Source: Elusimicrobiota bacterium
GTDB lineage: Bacteria; Elusimicrobiota; Elusimicrobia; Elusimicrobiales; UBA9959
NCBI GenBank assembly: GCA_027340875.1
Contig: DAIENX010000037.1
Location: 1-10,408, forward strand
Direction: 5' to 3'
DNA length: 10,408 nt
In this document: piece after piece, positions 7,537-10,408 of the stretch
How positions within the stretch are numbered: position 1 is the first letter of the stretch
Layout of the letters: each line of letters begins with the position of its first letter
Translations under genes and position numbers: made by a program
The notes under the pieces: generated by a model
Database searches by the model: none
Seen by the model: only the letters and a program-made list of their open reading frames with translations
Told to the model about the DNA's origin: nothing

Positions 7537-7589
7537 GCACTTAATTCCGTCTTAGCCCTGCCGGGCAGGGCAAAGCCGGAATTAAGAGC
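7537..7589. repeat. 53-bp imperfect palindrome, candidate recombinase att/binding site
   Basis: GCACTTAATTCCGTCTTAGCCCTGCC-G-GGCAGGGCAAAGCCGGAATTAAGAGC, 23/26 positions complementary, ending 1 nt before the recombinase SD. Confidence 0.75.
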
Positions 7590-7602
7590 AGGGAGGCAAG
7601 GT

Positions 7603-9096
7603 ATGCAGAATCACACAATGCGGTATTTTCTATATGCGCGGAAGTCCACCGACGAGGCGGACCGGCAGGTGCTTTCCATAGAGGCGCAGCTCACCGAGTT
7701 GCGGGACTATGCGCGCAAAGAGGGCTTTGTTATCGCCCATGAGTTCATAGAAAGCAAAACCGCCAAGGAGCCGGGCCGCGAGGTCTTTAACGAGATGGTA
7801 GCGGGCCTGGAACGAGGCGCGGCCCACGGCATTATCGCATGGCACCCTGACCGGCTGGCCCGCAATTCTATAGACGGCGGGCGTATCATCTACCTGGTGG
7901 ACACGGCCAAAATACTGGAGCTTAAGTTCCCCACCTTCTGGTTCGACCCCACGCCGCAGGGCAAGTTCATGTTGTCTATCGCTTTCGGCCAGAGCAAGTA
8001 CTACATCGATAACCTCTCCGAGAATGTTAGGCGCGGCCTTCGCCAGAAGCTCCGCAACGGCGTTTTCCCCGCCCTCGCGCCCATCGGCTACAAGAACGAC
8101 ACGGAGAACCACACTATCGTCGTGGACCCGGTTTTGGCCCCCCTCGTAAAACTCACGTTCGAGCTTTACGCTTCAGGCATGTATCCCATCAGGGATATAC
8201 GCAATAAGATGAACGGCCTTGGGCTGAAGCGTTGGGAAAGAGAGTTGTCTAACTCGAACTATCAGAAGATCCTCAAAAATCCGTTCTACTACGGCGTCTT
8301 CCGGTATCTCGGCGAGTATTACGAGGGCAAGCACACGCCGCTTATCTCCAAGGCGCTCTACGACAAGTGCCAGGAGGTAATGACGCGCAAAAGCAGGCAC
8401 ACGCACGCACAGAAAGGTTTAAAGCCATATGTCTATCGCGCCGCCTTCCGCTGCGCGGAATGCGGCTGCTACATTACCACCGAGACGCAGAAAGGCCATA
8501 ACTACCTGCACTGCACCAAGCGCAAAGTGCCTTGCAGCCAGCTCTTCGTGCGCGAAGAGGTTATCGACGCCCAGGTGCGCGAGATCTTAAAAGGAGTTTC
8601 CTTACCCCCGGCCCTGGCCGCCGAGGCTCTTGATAACATCAAAAAGGAAAAATTAAAGGCGGCCCAGGCCGGGGAAAGAGCCGCCCAAAATCTGCGAGAT
8701 AAAATAGATATCCTGAATCAACGAATGAACGCACTACTGGATATGGTGCTGTCCGGCCAGCTTACGCAGGCCGAGTACGCCCTCAAAAAGCGTTCATTCG
8801 TTGAGGAGAAAAAGGAAATCGAAATGAAACTCGCCGCTTTTGCGCGGCAGGGAGATAAGCGGTTCGAACCGGTCAGGGCCTTCTATCAGTCCGCGAGTCA
8901 CGTCGGAGAGGCCGCGGTTTCGGGAAATCCGTCTGAAAACCTGCAAATATTGAAAAATATCGGTTCGAACTTAATTATTGGCGGGAAACGGATTTCTTAT
9001 AAACTGAGTTTTCCGTGGGAAAAACTGCAAAATTTTAACGCCGCGCGGGGCGCGGCGTCAGGGAATTTCCTATTTTTAAAGCTTTGGGGTGGCTGA
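7603..9096 (+). CDS. Large serine recombinase (resolvase + recombinase + Zn-ribbon/coiled-coil), 497 aa; alternative start 7618
   Basis: YARKS catalytic motif, Q..SIEAQL, ESKTAK, WHPDRLARN, PIGY, ILKNPFYYG, H.PLIS, CAECG..YLHC..C zinc ribbon, then a coiled coil. GGGAGG SD at 7591-7596. More AT-rich than the flanking genes. Confidence 0.95.
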   Translation: MQNHTMRYFLYARKSTDEADRQVLSIEAQLTELRDYARKEGFVIAHEFIESKTAKEPGREVFNEMVAGLERGAAHGIIAWHPDRLARNSIDGGRIIYLVDTAKILELKFPTFWFDPTPQGKFMLSIAFGQSKYYIDNLSENVRRGLRQKLRNGVFPALAPIGYKNDTENHTIVVDPVLAPLVKLTFELYASGMYPIRDIRNKMNGLGLKRWERELSNSNYQKILKNPFYYGVFRYLGEYYEGKHTPLISKALYDKCQEVMTRKSRHTHAQKGLKPYVYRAAFRCAECGCYITTETQKGHNYLHCTKRKVPCSQLFVREEVIDAQVREILKGVSLPPALAAEALDNIKKEKLKAAQAGERAAQNLRDKIDILNQRMNALLDMVLSGQLTQAEYALKKRSFVEEKKEIEMKLAAFARQGDKRFEPVRAFYQSASHVGEAAVSGNPSENLQILKNIGSNLIIGGKRISYKLSFPWEKLQNFNAARGAASGNFLFLKLWGG

Positions 9097-9161
9097 GGGG
9101 ATTTGAACCCCCGACCTCTCGGGCCACAGCCGAGCGCTCTAACCGCTGAGCTACAACCACC
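9085..9161 (-). tRNA. tRNA-His(GUG), copy 2, identical to copy 1
   Basis: Exact reverse complement of 7250-7326. Its 3' 12 nt overlap the last recombinase codons TGG GGT GGC TGA. Confidence 0.97.
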
Positions 9162-9225
9162 GTGGACTATATTTTAGTTTTTTTCCTGCCCGGAAAACAA
9201 ATGTATAATGGGGAACGGAGGGGCT

Positions 9226-10408
9226 ATGACCAGAAAACCTGCCGTTGCGGGCAAATTCTACGAGGCGGAACCGGCGGAACTGCGCTCCGCGGTGCAGGGC
9301 TACCTGAAGAAGGGCAAGGCCCCGTCCGGGCGGCTGGCCGGCATACTGGCGCCGCACGCGGGCTACGTCTATTCCGGCGCCGCCGCGGGGCTGGCCTTCT
9401 CGGCGCTGAAGGACGCTGACTTCGACACTCTCGTGATACTGGCCACCGGCCATACGATGGGCCTCAAGAACGGCGCGCTGAGCTCCGACGAGGCCTTCGA
9501 GACGCCGCTCGGCACCCTGGAGATAGACGACGGGCTGCGCCGCGAGCTGCTGGGCTATAAGCGGCTTTTCTCGGAGACTCCGCGCGCGCACGAGGCCGAG
9601 CACGCGGTGGAGGTGCAGCTCCCGTTCCTGCAGGCGCTCAAAGGCAACAAGGTAAAGATAGTCCCCATCCTTTTCAACACCTCGGACGCGGCGCTGCTCG
9701 CGGAGGCCGGCCGCGCGCTGGGGCTGGCGATGAAGGACCGCAAGGCGCTGTTCTGCGTCTCGTCGGACCTGGCGCATTATCCCCCCGGCGACATAGCCGA
9801 GACCTCCGACCGTTCGGTGCTGCTGGCGCTGCGGCAGGCGATGCGCAATTCCTCCCCGGCCTATTTCGCGCAGGCCAACCGGCTGCTGTATTCAAAGGCC
9901 TCCCGCTGGCTGGACACCACCGCCTGCGGCGAGGCGGCGATGACCGCCGGCGCCGCGGCCGCGCTGGAGCTGGGCTGCAACGATTTCGAGCTGGCGCTGT
10001 ACACCCATTCCGGGAAGATCTCCGGCGACGATTCCGCCGTGGTGGGCTACGGCGCGGGCTTCTTTACCGAGGCTTCGCCCCGGCCGGCCGGCGCGCTGGA
10101 GCTGGACGGCGAGATGCGCCGCGAACTGCTGGGCATGGCGCGAGCGGGCATAGCCGCCTGCCTTAAGACCGGGACCACGCCGGAGCAGGGGCTGCACAAG
10201 AGGCCGGAGTTCAACCAGCCCGCGGCGGTCTTCGTAACGCTGACCGTAGGCGGCCGCCTGCGCGGCTGCATAGGCAGCCTGGAGCCGCGCGGCACGCTGG
10301 CGGAGATGGCGGCCTCCTACGCCGGGGCCGCCGCTTTCGAGGACCCGCGTTTCTCCCCTCTCACCGAGGCGGAGCTGAAGAAGGTCAAAATAGAGATCTC
10401 GGAGCTCT
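9226..10408 (+). CDS. amrB: AmmeMemoRadiSam protein B/A fusion, copy 2 (3' partial; absent from the ORF track because there is no stop in the window)
   Basis: Manual translation gives 394 open codons from MTRKPAVAGKFY to KVKIEISEL, with 23 aa differences from copy 1. Confidence 0.92.
   Translation, partial: MTRKPAVAGKFYEAEPAELRSAVQGYLKKGKAPSGRLAGILAPHAGYVYSGAAAGLAFSALKDADFDTLVILATGHTMGLKNGALSSDEAFETPLGTLEIDDGLRRELLGYKRLFSETPRAHEAEHAVEVQLPFLQALKGNKVKIVPILFNTSDAALLAEAGRALGLAMKDRKALFCVSSDLAHYPPGDIAETSDRSVLLALRQAMRNSSPAYFAQANRLLYSKASRWLDTTACGEAAMTAGAAAALELGCNDFELALYTHSGKISGDDSAVVGYGAGFFTEASPRPAGALELDGEMRRELLGMARAGIAACLKTGTTPEQGLHKRPEFNQPAAVFVTLTVGGRLRGCIGSLEPRGTLAEMAASYAGAAAFEDPRFSPLTEAELKKVKIEISEL

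Larger units (their letters stand above)
8960..10408 (+). repeat. Right arm of the long imperfect inverted repeat (truncated by the window end)
   Basis: Reverse complement of 6003-7451. Contains the recombinase 3' end, tRNA-His and amrBA copy 2. Confidence 0.95.

Noticed and set aside
7474..7602. 43-aa N-terminal extension of the recombinase in the ORF track
   Set aside because: It runs through hairpins and the palindrome. The SD at 7591-7596 and the usual near-N-terminal position of the YARKS motif favour ATG 7603 or 7618.
6003..10408. Simple read fold-back (palindromic artefact) as the origin of the inverted repeat
   Set aside because: The arms differ by many synonymous and conservative changes and are separated by 1.5 kb of unique sequence. 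A two-strain chimera remains possible and is kept as an alternative.
1..10408. CRISPR array, IS/transposase, or the radical SAM partner (amrS) of amrBA
   Set aside because: I saw no regularly spaced repeat-spacer units, no transposase-like ORF and no radical SAM CxxxCxxC ORF in the window.

Overview
GC-rich bacterial DNA in three parts. (1) 1-1108: two small phage/plasmid-like ORFs behind a CTATN pentamer run, then an exported membrane-anchored hypothetical protein and a bidirectional terminator. (2) 1120-5709, minus strand: a tightly coupled pantothenate/CoA operon (PanG-like DUF2520 reductase, panB, panC, coaC, coaB, coaX, panD), preceded by a hairpin with two bulged A residues that fits the pan RNA motif. 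(3) 5767-10408, the most unusual part: a large serine recombinase gene inside an imperfect inverted duplication of at least 1449 bp (6003-7451 vs 8960-10408, no net indel). Each arm carries an AmmeMemoRadiSam B/A fusion gene (23 aa differences in 394 codons), an identical tRNA-His(GUG), and a version of the recombinase's own 3' end. The recombinase stops inside the antisense tRNA. The left arm holds a silent in-frame alternative C-terminus, and a 53-bp imperfect palindrome lies just upstream of the recombinase. This could be a self-inverting, tail-swapping recombinase cassette, or recombinase-mediated capture of a sister-strain locus. A two-strain assembly chimera cannot be excluded from sequence alone.
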